From Deltaproteobacteria bacterium TL4 (GTDB lineage Bacteria > SAR324 > NAC60-12), in the NCBI GenBank assembly GCA_051382335.1, contig JBBCAX010000182.1, forward strand, positions 1-55,842: DNA of 55,842 nt, in the 5' to 3' direction. Positions 17,961 through 26,806 of this stretch are shown here, piece by piece; position 1 is the stretch's first letter; each line of letters starts with the position of its first letter. The notes under the pieces are model-generated. The model saw nothing but the letters and a program-made list of their open reading frames with translations, did no database searches and was not told the origin of the DNA. A program made the position numbers and the translations under genes.

Positions 17961-19067
17961 ATGACTCCCTCGAACATTTTGAAGCATCAACTAAAAACAG
18001 TTTCCATCAACTCATCCACTCAACAGGGGCTTGAGGCTCTCAAGGGAGCTATTCAAAGCAGCGAGGAACTTGCCCGGCGTTTGAGTTTGAATGAGGAATC
18101 GCAAGCACAGATTACCAAGACCTACAAGGTCAGAGTCCCTGAATATTACTTAAATTTAATACAGTCGCCCCATGATCCTATTTGGAAACAGGCGATTCCT
18201 GATCTCCATGAATTAGATGAAGATCACTTACCTGAAGATCCCTTTGAAGAAGATGCCTCATACTATTCTCCGACCCCTCATTTAACTCATCGCTACCCCG
18301 ATCGAGCGCTGCTTTTAGTTACGGATGTCTGTCCCATGTATTGCCGATATTGTATGCGTAAGCGGAAAACACAAAAAAAAGGAGGCGTTTCTCAACAGAC
18401 CGTTCTTCAGGGGATTGATTACATTCGTAAAACTCCCCAAATCCGTGAAGTCATCCTGTCCGGTGGTGATCCGATGATGCTCTCGGATCGTCGTTTGGAG
18501 GAAATATTACAAGCCTTACATCAAATCCCACATCTGGATCTTATTCGGATCCATACCCGAATGCCTTGTGTCCAGCCCCAACGAATTACGCCTGAACTCG
18601 GGGCCATGCTGTCCTCGTTTCACCCTTTATTTATTGTCGTGCATTTCAACCATCCCAGAGAGTTGACCCCTGAAGCGAGTCAAGCATTGAGTTATTTGGC
18701 AGATTCCGGTATCCCCTTAAGTAACCAGTCTGTTTTGCTCAAGGGGGTCAATGATGATCCTCAGGTAATGAAACAACTTTGCCTGGGACTTCTCAAAAGG
18801 CGAGTGCGGCCTTACTACCTCCATCAGGCAGACCTGGTCCATGGAACCGATCATTTCCGAACACGGGTAGAAACCGGAGTGGAAATCATCCGACAATTAC
18901 AAGGACAAATCAGTGGACTCGCCATTCCTCAATTTGTGATTGACGGACCTGGAGGTGGAGGTAAGGTTCCCCTGATGCCAGATCAAGGTCAACAGATCAC
19001 TGAAAAATTTGTGATTCTTAAAAACTGTGAGGGAAAAACCATGATTTATCCTCAAATAGAAGGGTAA
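17961..19067 (+). CDS. KamA/EpmB-family radical SAM aminomutase (lysine 2,3-aminomutase-like)
   Basis: THRYPDR, CPMYCRYCMRK, ILSGGDP, RIHTR, HFNHPRE, NQSVLLKGVND, RPYYL and GGGGKVP (PLP lysine). Confidence 0.9.
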   Translation: MTPSNILKHQLKTVSINSSTQQGLEALKGAIQSSEELARRLSLNEESQAQITKTYKVRVPEYYLNLIQSPHDPIWKQAIPDLHELDEDHLPEDPFEEDASYYSPTPHLTHRYPDRALLLVTDVCPMYCRYCMRKRKTQKKGGVSQQTVLQGIDYIRKTPQIREVILSGGDPMMLSDRRLEEILQALHQIPHLDLIRIHTRMPCVQPQRITPELGAMLSSFHPLFIVVHFNHPRELTPEASQALSYLADSGIPLSNQSVLLKGVNDDPQVMKQLCLGLLKRRVRPYYLHQADLVHGTDHFRTRVETGVEIIRQLQGQISGLAIPQFVIDGPGGGGKVPLMPDQGQQITEKFVILKNCEGKTMIYPQIEG

Positions 19068-19075
19068 ACGCCTCT

Positions 19076-20044
19076 ATGATGAAATCAACTAATAATCCAC
19101 CCTCAACCTCGTTGATGGACGCCACAGGATCCAAAGCCTTCATGCGTGGAATGAGTTTTCAAATTCAAGGACAGTTGCAGGATGCCATCCAGATGTATCG
19201 GAAAGCGATTGACGAAGGGTTTCTGCCTGCTCGTCTGCAGTTGGCCTTTTTGCTGTACACAGAGTTGGGAGCCTATCAGGAAGCCTTGGAACACTTGGAA
19301 CTCCTCTACCCCACCTATCCGCAAGTATCGTATAATCTGGGGTTTGTGTATTTGAAAGCCAAACGCTTTCCCGAAGCCATTTACTATTACAAGAAAGCGG
19401 CGCAGGAAGGAGTCGCTCTGGCTTACATCCAACTAGGCTATATTTACGAAGCGTTTCAGGACTATACTGAAGCCATCATCCATTATCAAATCGCCCTCTT
19501 TCATGGTGAATTTCAGGCGAATATCTTATTGGCCAAACTCTATGAAGTGTTGGAAAATTACGAATGCTCGGATTTCTATTATGCCGCTGTCCTGAAACAG
19601 GATCTCACAGAGCTTGTTAAGAAAATAAAATCGTCTTGCTTTCCCAATGGCAGAGCCGCAAAACGAATCCATCATTTTCATCAGCAACTTCAGCAAGAAC
19701 AAGTGAAGGCCTATTTAGCTCAGGGACGGATCCATCAGGGACAGGGGCATTACCTTAAAGCCCTGCAAGCCTATCAAAAAGCTGTTGATTTGGAAGAATC
19801 GTTGGGAAGCGATCTGATGGAACAACTTTTGGATTGTTTCTATAATGAGCACGAATGCCTGATTCTGCTAAGAGAGGCCATTCAACAAGGCGTAACCGAA
19901 GGCTATTATTTTCAAGCGCAGATCCATGAACAAAGAGGGGAACTGCCACAAGCCCTGGAATCAATCCGTCAGTACAATCAAAAAACTCAGAACTCTCAAA
20001 TCAGAGGCTTGGAATTTCTGGAAGTGTTACTGTCCAAACGCTGA
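19076..20044 (+). CDS. TPR/Sel1-like repeat protein
   Basis: Repeated helical motifs such as YNLGFVY..EAIYYYKKAA; 8 bp downstream of the KamA-family gene. Confidence 0.8.
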   Translation: MMKSTNNPPSTSLMDATGSKAFMRGMSFQIQGQLQDAIQMYRKAIDEGFLPARLQLAFLLYTELGAYQEALEHLELLYPTYPQVSYNLGFVYLKAKRFPEAIYYYKKAAQEGVALAYIQLGYIYEAFQDYTEAIIHYQIALFHGEFQANILLAKLYEVLENYECSDFYYAAVLKQDLTELVKKIKSSCFPNGRAAKRIHHFHQQLQQEQVKAYLAQGRIHQGQGHYLKALQAYQKAVDLEESLGSDLMEQLLDCFYNEHECLILLREAIQQGVTEGYYFQAQIHEQRGELPQALESIRQYNQKTQNSQIRGLEFLEVLLSKR

Positions 20045-20137
20045 GAGCGAGGTCCCCAAACACGAGCGGTTTAGGGACATTTATGGCGGAAGACTTGGCC
20101 TTTTTTTAATTTCCAAGGCCCTCAACTTCTTTCACTA

Positions 20138-20605
20138 TTAGCCTGGAACGGAAAATCCGAAATTATCCAAATTGATTTCTTTGGCCCCAGAGGTATCTCT
20201 CGAAACCCTTTCACCATCAAATTCCCCCTGGACTTTAAGTTTTCCTTGTTCAAAAAAATAATGGCCTTTAATGGTACCATCTTCATAAATCTGCGCGTTG
20301 ATGATCATGCCGATCTTATCCACGTTTCCTTGTACATCCAGGGCGCCGCTCGGATTCACAAACGCGGTCACTTTGACTAACTTTTTATCCTGATTCAGCA
20401 AGCGAAACTCTGCCTGCCCATTGAGGATCAAGAACTCTACGTCTCGCGATTCACCTTCCACCGGATTTTCGTTAATCGTTGTGCGGTAGTAGTGAGTGAC
20501 ATATTTACCATCGAACAGAGTGGATGTCGGCCTTTTTGGTGCGGACGAGCATCCTATTACAAAAAGCAGAGCGGCTGCCAAGAGAATCAAACTATTTTTT
20601 TTCAT
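20138..20605 (-). CDS. Lipoprotein, hypothetical
   Basis: MKKNSLILLAAALLFVIG-C lipobox; GAGGAGG RBS. Confidence 0.8.
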   Translation of the reverse strand: MKKNSLILLAAALLFVIGCSSAPKRPTSTLFDGKYVTHYYRTTINENPVEGESRDVEFLILNGQAEFRLLNQDKKLVKVTAFVNPSGALDVQGNVDKIGMIINAQIYEDGTIKGHYFFEQGKLKVQGEFDGERVSRDTSGAKEINLDNFGFSVPG

Positions 20606-20831
20606 AAACCTCCTCAAGCAAAAATTTCAATCTGATGTTTTATCGTTGACTAACAAACCATAACTGTTTTTATCTATCGAAACTCATGTCCATTGTCTAG
20701 TTGAAAGATAAAAATTTCGTAGCGACTCAGTCTGAGTTGATTTCACGAAAGGCACAAAAAGGCACGAAGAACATTTCCAGTATTTTTAGCGAACTTTCAT
20801 TTTAAGGCGGAGTTGTTACGAGATCTGACAC

Positions 20832-22142
20832 TTATACAGGCATATCAATGATGATTTTAAGCATGGAGTCTCCCCCCTCAACCACGGAGCATTGGCCATG
20901 CTGTGCTTGAAGGGACAGCTTGACAAAGGGGAGAAATAAGGAAGAAAGGCTGTATTCATCCAGCGGTTGTTTCATGAAATTGGAAAAGTCAAATTCTTGG
21001 GGGTTGAGCTGTTTCATGAAGGGATCCGGTTCAAGTCGAAGGACCAGACGAACATGAGTGTCAAAAGCGTCGGTTTCAATTACAATCGCGGTATTGAGGT
21101 GTCGGTCTGAAATTTTCAAAAATAAATATTCCAAGCCATAATTAACCGCAGTTCTAAATAAAACGCTATCGAGCATGGCCTCAGCAATTCCGCCTTCGGG
21201 AAAAGAGGTTCTCACATTAAAGGAGGCCTGTTGGTGTTGCTGTGTAAACGTTTCTAAAGCTTGATGGATTAAATCAATAACATTGTGACGGTTAAGCGTT
21301 GGCTCAAACTCTTGATGTTCCAACTTGTACAGATACAAAAGAAGCTCTGAAAATTGGAAGGCCTGCTTTCCATATTGATCCGCATGTTGTTGGAAATCAT
21401 AGCGGCCGAGCTCATTCTCAGGGGTTAACCCTTTGAGATAATTCCAAACGTCAATCATTTTGACGGTATCCCTGAAATATCGGATTAGTGAGTAAAAGAC
21501 GACTTCACGCTCACGAGCCTGACGGATATTTTCTTGAAGTTTTTCGGATAAATTCTTAATTTCCATTTCATGTTGCTGTAAACGTCCCAATAACAATGTT
21601 GGTGTCACTTTGCTCTTTTCTTGACTTCCTTGACGAATCGATTTATGACAACTTTCCAGGAAGAGACTCAATTGCTGAATCAAAAGTCGCAACAATTGTT
21701 GTTGTTCCTCGGAACCTTCAGCCTCCTGAGACAGTAACTCCACGAGGCCGATTGAATTTTGATTGACATCTTTTAAGGGAAAAATTTGTATTTGCGTTAT
21801 TCCCTGTTTGAGGTATTCTCGTGCTTCTTCAAAAGGCGGATTCTGACTGGAATCCTTCTGATAGGTGTAGCTGTGACTCTCTTTAAACACCTGAGAGGCC
21901 ATCGCATGAGCTTCTGGATGTAAGGCAGGGAGTTTCATGCGTTTTTCAATAAAATGCTCGTAATGCCAATTATTGAAAAAAACCCGAACTCCAACACAGG
22001 GGAAAAGTGAAGGCACCTGAACCATAAATGTTCGAACCAAATCCTGGGCAAGGGTTTTCCCACTGGCCTGCGAACGAGCTTGCTGGAGTTTGGTTAAAAT
22101 AGTGATGAATTGATGAGCATAGATTTTTTCATCGTTTCCCAT
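20832..22142 (-). CDS. GAF-like domain + coiled coil + degenerate histidine-kinase-like C-terminus
   Basis: IFPLKD...IGLVEL GAF-like strand; C-terminus resembles HATPase layout (QAQHGQCSV) without clear H/N/G boxes. Confidence 0.55.
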   Translation of the reverse strand: MGNDEKIYAHQFITILTKLQQARSQASGKTLAQDLVRTFMVQVPSLFPCVGVRVFFNNWHYEHFIEKRMKLPALHPEAHAMASQVFKESHSYTYQKDSSQNPPFEEAREYLKQGITQIQIFPLKDVNQNSIGLVELLSQEAEGSEEQQQLLRLLIQQLSLFLESCHKSIRQGSQEKSKVTPTLLLGRLQQHEMEIKNLSEKLQENIRQAREREVVFYSLIRYFRDTVKMIDVWNYLKGLTPENELGRYDFQQHADQYGKQAFQFSELLLYLYKLEHQEFEPTLNRHNVIDLIHQALETFTQQHQQASFNVRTSFPEGGIAEAMLDSVLFRTAVNYGLEYLFLKISDRHLNTAIVIETDAFDTHVRLVLRLEPDPFMKQLNPQEFDFSNFMKQPLDEYSLSSLFLPFVKLSLQAQHGQCSVVEGGDSMLKIIIDMPV

Positions 22143-22255
22143 AAGCCCTTTATTTAAAATAACTATTTTCCAGTTTTCCCTTGATAAAACAATGGTGCAA
22201 TGAATGTGCAAACCTAGAACATGAAATTTCAAGATAACATAAACGGATAACCATC

Positions 22256-22897
22256 ATGACAACACCCAATCGACAAAACTCACTGACAACCCTCACTTGC
22301 CTCGATTTTGAGGGCGTTTTAATTCCAGAAATCTGGTTAGGTCTCGCTGAAAAAACAGGCATTGAGGAGCTAAGACTCACCACACGCGATATTGTGGACT
22401 ATAATGAACTGATGCGACACCGACTTAAAATGCTGGATAAGCATCAATTAACTTTGAAGGACATCCACGAAGTCGTGGAAACGCTGAACCCCCTGGAGGG
22501 CGCCCTTGAATTTTTAACGTGGCTGCGTCAACGAACAGAAGTGATCATTCTTTCAGATACGTTTAGGGAATTTGTTTCCCCTTTACTAGCCAAATTACAA
22601 TATCCTACCATTTTTTGTCATTCCTTGATTTTGGGCGAAAATCAGAAAATTGTAAACTATCAATTACGTCAGGAAGATCAAAAAAGGAAGGCGGTCCTGG
22701 CCTTAAAAAGTTTAAATTTTCACATTCTGGCCTCAGGGGATTCCTATAATGATGTAAGTATGTTGAAAGAGGCGGACACCGGTATTTTCTTCTGTCCTGC
22801 TGAAAAAATCACTAAAGAATATCCGCAGTTTCCTGTGGCCCGGAGTTATGAAGAACTGAAAGCTCATTTGTGTCGATTGGGAGGCGTGAGACCCTGA
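22256..22897 (+). CDS. thrH: Phosphoserine phosphatase / homoserine phosphotransferase
   Basis: CLDFEGVLIPEIW, LTTRDI.DY, ILSDTF and GDSYND motifs. Confidence 0.92.
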   Translation: MTTPNRQNSLTTLTCLDFEGVLIPEIWLGLAEKTGIEELRLTTRDIVDYNELMRHRLKMLDKHQLTLKDIHEVVETLNPLEGALEFLTWLRQRTEVIILSDTFREFVSPLLAKLQYPTIFCHSLILGENQKIVNYQLRQEDQKRKAVLALKSLNFHILASGDSYNDVSMLKEADTGIFFCPAEKITKEYPQFPVARSYEELKAHLCRLGGVRP

Positions 22898-22988
22898 CAG
22901 AGCGGGAATACCGCCCAGTAGGATGTAAGCGATATTGTCGACATAAAAACGTTCTATGGAATAAGCTAACTTATTATGTCAGGTCTGT

Positions 22989-24719
22989 ATGCATTATTTG
23001 TTATCGAATAGCGTCAAGTTCATGGGAATACCCTTGCTGCTCCTGATTTTTCAAGGAGAGGTTTTTGCGCAGAACGTGAGGTTGCTCTACCACGAAGGCG
23101 AGCTCTTTGTTAAGAATCAGGAACAACAATTCATTCCACTTCAGGAGGATAAAATCACGGATAGCAGCACTCTGAGGGTGGGGGAATCTGAGGAACTTCA
23201 GATTTCAGAGGACGTTCTGACGGAACAGGTTTTATCTTCGTTGAAACAAGCAGTGATTGTTTTGAGCTATTCTAACCGGGAAATGTTAACCTTTCTCAAA
23301 GGATCAACCCTGGTCCGCACCATCGGATATGATCGCATTCCTGCTTATTCCCTAAGCGGAATAGGTCATATTTTTATTGATGAAGCCACGGATCTGGAGC
23401 CCTTTGAATTTCGTGTCAACAACTTGCATTTGCAAGCCAATAGGAAAACCCATTTGTTCTTCAACAGTCTGGTTGTTCCTCCGGAATTGATTCTAATTCA
23501 AGGCGGCATCTTCGAACTCCCTTATGATTCAGAACCTGCTGAAGAACAAATCCCGCTTACCTTGAAAAAAGAGGGGGCTCTCCCTGCCATAAGCCAACAA
23601 ACCTTAGTTCCCGGATTTTTCACTCCGGGGGCTTACCATCATGCGGGAACAGCGGATGTCACTCCAGGAACGTTAACGCTCTATCGGTATGGTCAAAAAT
23701 ATGAGATGTCAGGAACCTCCATTCCGCTAATGCTGTATGACACGATTGAAAGCGGTCCCGATCAAACGATAACCATGGTTTTGATTTCAGGCGATCAAAT
23801 CCGACTTTTTGGAAATAGTCGATTTACCATTGCTGAAATAGAAGAAAAGGAAAAAACGCCGCGCTCCCTATTGGACAAGCTTTGGAAAAGCATGTTTCAA
23901 ACTGGAAAAGAATATTCCTTAAACGCTGATTTTTCAGGAAGAGTACAAGCCACGGTCAAACCTCGTACCGTCAAAAACATCGTCCGTTTCGATTCGGCGA
24001 CTGCTACGATTGGAGTCAAGGGGACAGAGTTTGTCGCGGTCAGCACTCCCGCGTTAACAGAAATCGCGACTATTTCCGGAACGCTGCTGGTTTCTGATCC
24101 CGACGGTGCCGGTGTCGTTGAAGTGACTCAGGGCATGATGACCAAAGTAATAAAGGGAACGTTACCAATACTTCCCATTCCAACACCTCCCGAATTTTTA
24201 CAAGCATCAACAGGGCTCTCCCCTGTAGGCAAGCCTTCGGAAAAAACACTAAAAGCTGAAGAAACGTCTCTACCTGAAAATGTAAAGAATCATCTTCCCT
24301 GGGCGCTTATTGATCCAATAATCCTTCAAGGGGGGATCACCGAAGAGGAACAAAAACAATATTATAAAACTTTATATGGAACGGTGTCTCAAAAATACAA
24401 CGTCATTTCCCAAGAGAGATTCCAGGAAGCCTTGACCATACTGAATCAAGCTTATGAACAGCCTCGATTCAAACAATGTCAATCGTCTGAATGTTTGGAA
24501 CGACTTAAAAAAGCCTTAGCCGTAACAGAAGTTTTTATCTTTTCCGCATTGAGAAAAACCGGTGATACGAGGATCAACTTTAAGAGACTCAATACCAAGA
24601 AAGTTTACACAAACCTCTGCGAGATTTGTTTGCCTCGTGAAATCAATCGGCGCATTCCCTATATCGTAGGTCAGTTACTGCAAGACCTGGAACGGGAACC
24701 TCCTGTTTCTGAGCCATAA
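22989..24719 (+). CDS. Secreted FecR-domain protein
   Basis: Signal peptide; DTIESG...IRLFGNS and ATIGVKGTEF FecR motifs; C-terminal CQSSECL segment. Confidence 0.7.
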   Translation: MHYLLSNSVKFMGIPLLLLIFQGEVFAQNVRLLYHEGELFVKNQEQQFIPLQEDKITDSSTLRVGESEELQISEDVLTEQVLSSLKQAVIVLSYSNREMLTFLKGSTLVRTIGYDRIPAYSLSGIGHIFIDEATDLEPFEFRVNNLHLQANRKTHLFFNSLVVPPELILIQGGIFELPYDSEPAEEQIPLTLKKEGALPAISQQTLVPGFFTPGAYHHAGTADVTPGTLTLYRYGQKYEMSGTSIPLMLYDTIESGPDQTITMVLISGDQIRLFGNSRFTIAEIEEKEKTPRSLLDKLWKSMFQTGKEYSLNADFSGRVQATVKPRTVKNIVRFDSATATIGVKGTEFVAVSTPALTEIATISGTLLVSDPDGAGVVEVTQGMMTKVIKGTLPILPIPTPPEFLQASTGLSPVGKPSEKTLKAEETSLPENVKNHLPWALIDPIILQGGITEEEQKQYYKTLYGTVSQKYNVISQERFQEALTILNQAYEQPRFKQCQSSECLERLKKALAVTEVFIFSALRKTGDTRINFKRLNTKKVYTNLCEICLPREINRRIPYIVGQLLQDLEREPPVSEP

Positions 24720-24826
24720 ACAGCGGGCGGTTTCCATGTATTGAGGCCTTATTCCTGCATTGCTTTCAAGACAATAAAAAACAAGGATGAAACTTCAAGA
24801 TACGTTACAGAAGACACAGGTTTGAG

Positions 24827-25468
24827 ATGACATTTTCCCATCATACATTGAGAATCAGGATCAACGCTTTAGCCTTAATGGGACTACTGCTGCTGGGCTT
24901 ATGGCTTCCAATCCCCGTTTGGGCTCAGAGTGAAGGTTCCACAGGAATTTATTATGAAAGCTTATCGGCCAAGAACCGATTGAAACTGGGGAATGTCGAT
25001 GAAGAAGACGGTTTCTTTGAAGATACCCGAATTCATCTGTCGGAGTTATCAGGTAAGTTCCATCGATCTATTATCGATAATATCAGTTGGGGTCTTGCGG
25101 TGGGTGTGATCCGGGCGATAGGAACCGCTGGAAATACTAAAATCACAACAGCGGGTCCTTTGGTTGGGGTTGAGGTGGTTTTTGGGCAACTCACTGAATT
25201 AACATTCGGTTATGAAATAGCGAGCCTGGAGGATGTGATTTTTACAAGCATTCACCCCATTACAGGGGAGCATCGTTTCTATAGAACGGACGGCAATTTC
25301 AAAAGTATGTATTCAAGTCTGGGACTTGCCTTTGAAATGACGGATAAAGCGCTGATTAAATTTTATATCGCGCAAAAACAAGCGGAACTCATGATTAATC
25401 ATGATCAGTTATCGGTGTTGAACACAATGTACAATGGCGCGGGAATGGCGATAAAAATTTTGTTTTAA
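24827..25468 (+). CDS. Putative small outer-membrane beta-barrel protein
   Basis: Signal peptide, amphipathic strands, C-terminal Phe. Confidence 0.55.
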   Translation: MTFSHHTLRIRINALALMGLLLLGLWLPIPVWAQSEGSTGIYYESLSAKNRLKLGNVDEEDGFFEDTRIHLSELSGKFHRSIIDNISWGLAVGVIRAIGTAGNTKITTAGPLVGVEVVFGQLTELTFGYEIASLEDVIFTSIHPITGEHRFYRTDGNFKSMYSSLGLAFEMTDKALIKFYIAQKQAELMINHDQLSVLNTMYNGAGMAIKILF

Positions 25469-25473
25469 CCAGC

Positions 25474-26763
25474 CTATTCATAGCGTAAAGCTTTGGCTGG
25501 ATGCGTTCGTGCGGCTTTGGTCGCGGGATAAATGGTCACTAAAAAGCAGATGAAAAAAGAGCAGAGTGCGGTTATTCCTACGTCGAACCAGTTGATCAAA
25601 ATCGGAATTCTATTACCGCCAGGATAGACGCCAGGAGGGATTTCAATCACATCGAAGGTCATGATAAACCAGCAAATCCCCAAACCCATCAAGATCCCGG
25701 CTCCGGTTCCGATGCTTCCGATAATCGCCCCTTGAATCATAAAAATTTTACGAATACTGTGGTCGGTTGCGCCTATGGATTTTAATATCGCGATTTCTCC
25801 CGATTTTTCTATCACTAACATCACCATGGAACTGATGATATTGAACGCGGCAACCACCACAATCAAAGTCAATATTAGAAATAACGCGATTTTTTCTAAT
25901 TTCATCACTTGAAAAATACCCCGGTTATCATCGGCCCAATTACTGACCAGGAATTGAGTTTTTTCCTGCAGGGCTCTGGAGACTTCCGGCGCCATTTCCG
26001 GATCCGTGATCTTGACCCCGAGGCCTGTGATATTCTCTCCCAAATTGAAGACTTTTTGGACTAACCGATAATCCATAAAGGCTAAAATTTCATCATAGCC
26101 TGAAATTCCAGATTCAAAGATTCCAATCACTTCCAGCTTTTTGACTCTGGGAACAAGGCCCACTGGCGTCATCCGTTCATTGGAAGAAATCAGCTTCACT
26201 TCGCTTCCGATCCCCGCATTGAGCTGCTGTGCCAGCATGGCGCCCAGAATAATTCCTGATTTTGTTTGATTTTTATGAGACAGCGGATAAGAAAGACGGT
26301 TGAGCACTCGTTCGGCAATTTGACGTTGTTCTTCAAGTCCTGGAGGTTTCTTCGGATAAACTTCCTCCCGGATGTAAGAAGCGATCGAAGTGACACTCGG
26401 TTCTTGTAGGGGATCGATTCCACGTAATAAAACTCCTTTTTGCTTTTGGTTCCCCATCAACAAGGTTTGTTTAAAAATATAGGGAGCCGTTGCCACAACG
26501 TTGGAATTTTTCTGGATGGTTCGTTGGAGGCTTTCGATTTCAGTGAAATGATCGTCCCAGGAAAAGACACTCACATGAGGTAAGGACCCGGTGATGGCCA
26601 TTCTTAAATTATCACGGAATCCATTCATCACCGAAGTGGACGTGATCAACGCTATATTTCCCAGGGCGACTCCGCAAATCGAAATCCAGGTAATGATGGA
26701 AATGGAGCGGTCCTTGATGGGGGAGAATAAATAGCGTTTCCCCACAAATAATTCATATTGCAT
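25474..26763 (-). CDS. lolE: Lipoprotein-releasing ABC transporter permease, LolC/E family
   Basis: SVMNGF, LRGIDP, VAAFNIISS, EIAILKSIGA and YPATKAA..P..ALRYE motifs. Confidence 0.9.
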   Translation of the reverse strand: MQYELFVGKRYLFSPIKDRSISIITWISICGVALGNIALITSTSVMNGFRDNLRMAITGSLPHVSVFSWDDHFTEIESLQRTIQKNSNVVATAPYIFKQTLLMGNQKQKGVLLRGIDPLQEPSVTSIASYIREEVYPKKPPGLEEQRQIAERVLNRLSYPLSHKNQTKSGIILGAMLAQQLNAGIGSEVKLISSNERMTPVGLVPRVKKLEVIGIFESGISGYDEILAFMDYRLVQKVFNLGENITGLGVKITDPEMAPEVSRALQEKTQFLVSNWADDNRGIFQVMKLEKIALFLILTLIVVVAAFNIISSMVMLVIEKSGEIAILKSIGATDHSIRKIFMIQGAIIGSIGTGAGILMGLGICWFIMTFDVIEIPPGVYPGGNRIPILINWFDVGITALCSFFICFLVTIYPATKAARTHPAKALRYE

Positions 26764-26806
26764 AAAGCTTGTCCGTTCGTGAGATAAATCGTCAGCAAGG
26801 CAGATA

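Noticed and set aside
20740..20800. CACGAA-rich short repeats (also near 1870-1905, 12815-12835 and 41858-41880)
   Set aside because: Probably a dispersed degenerate repeat family, but too divergent to delimit by eye.
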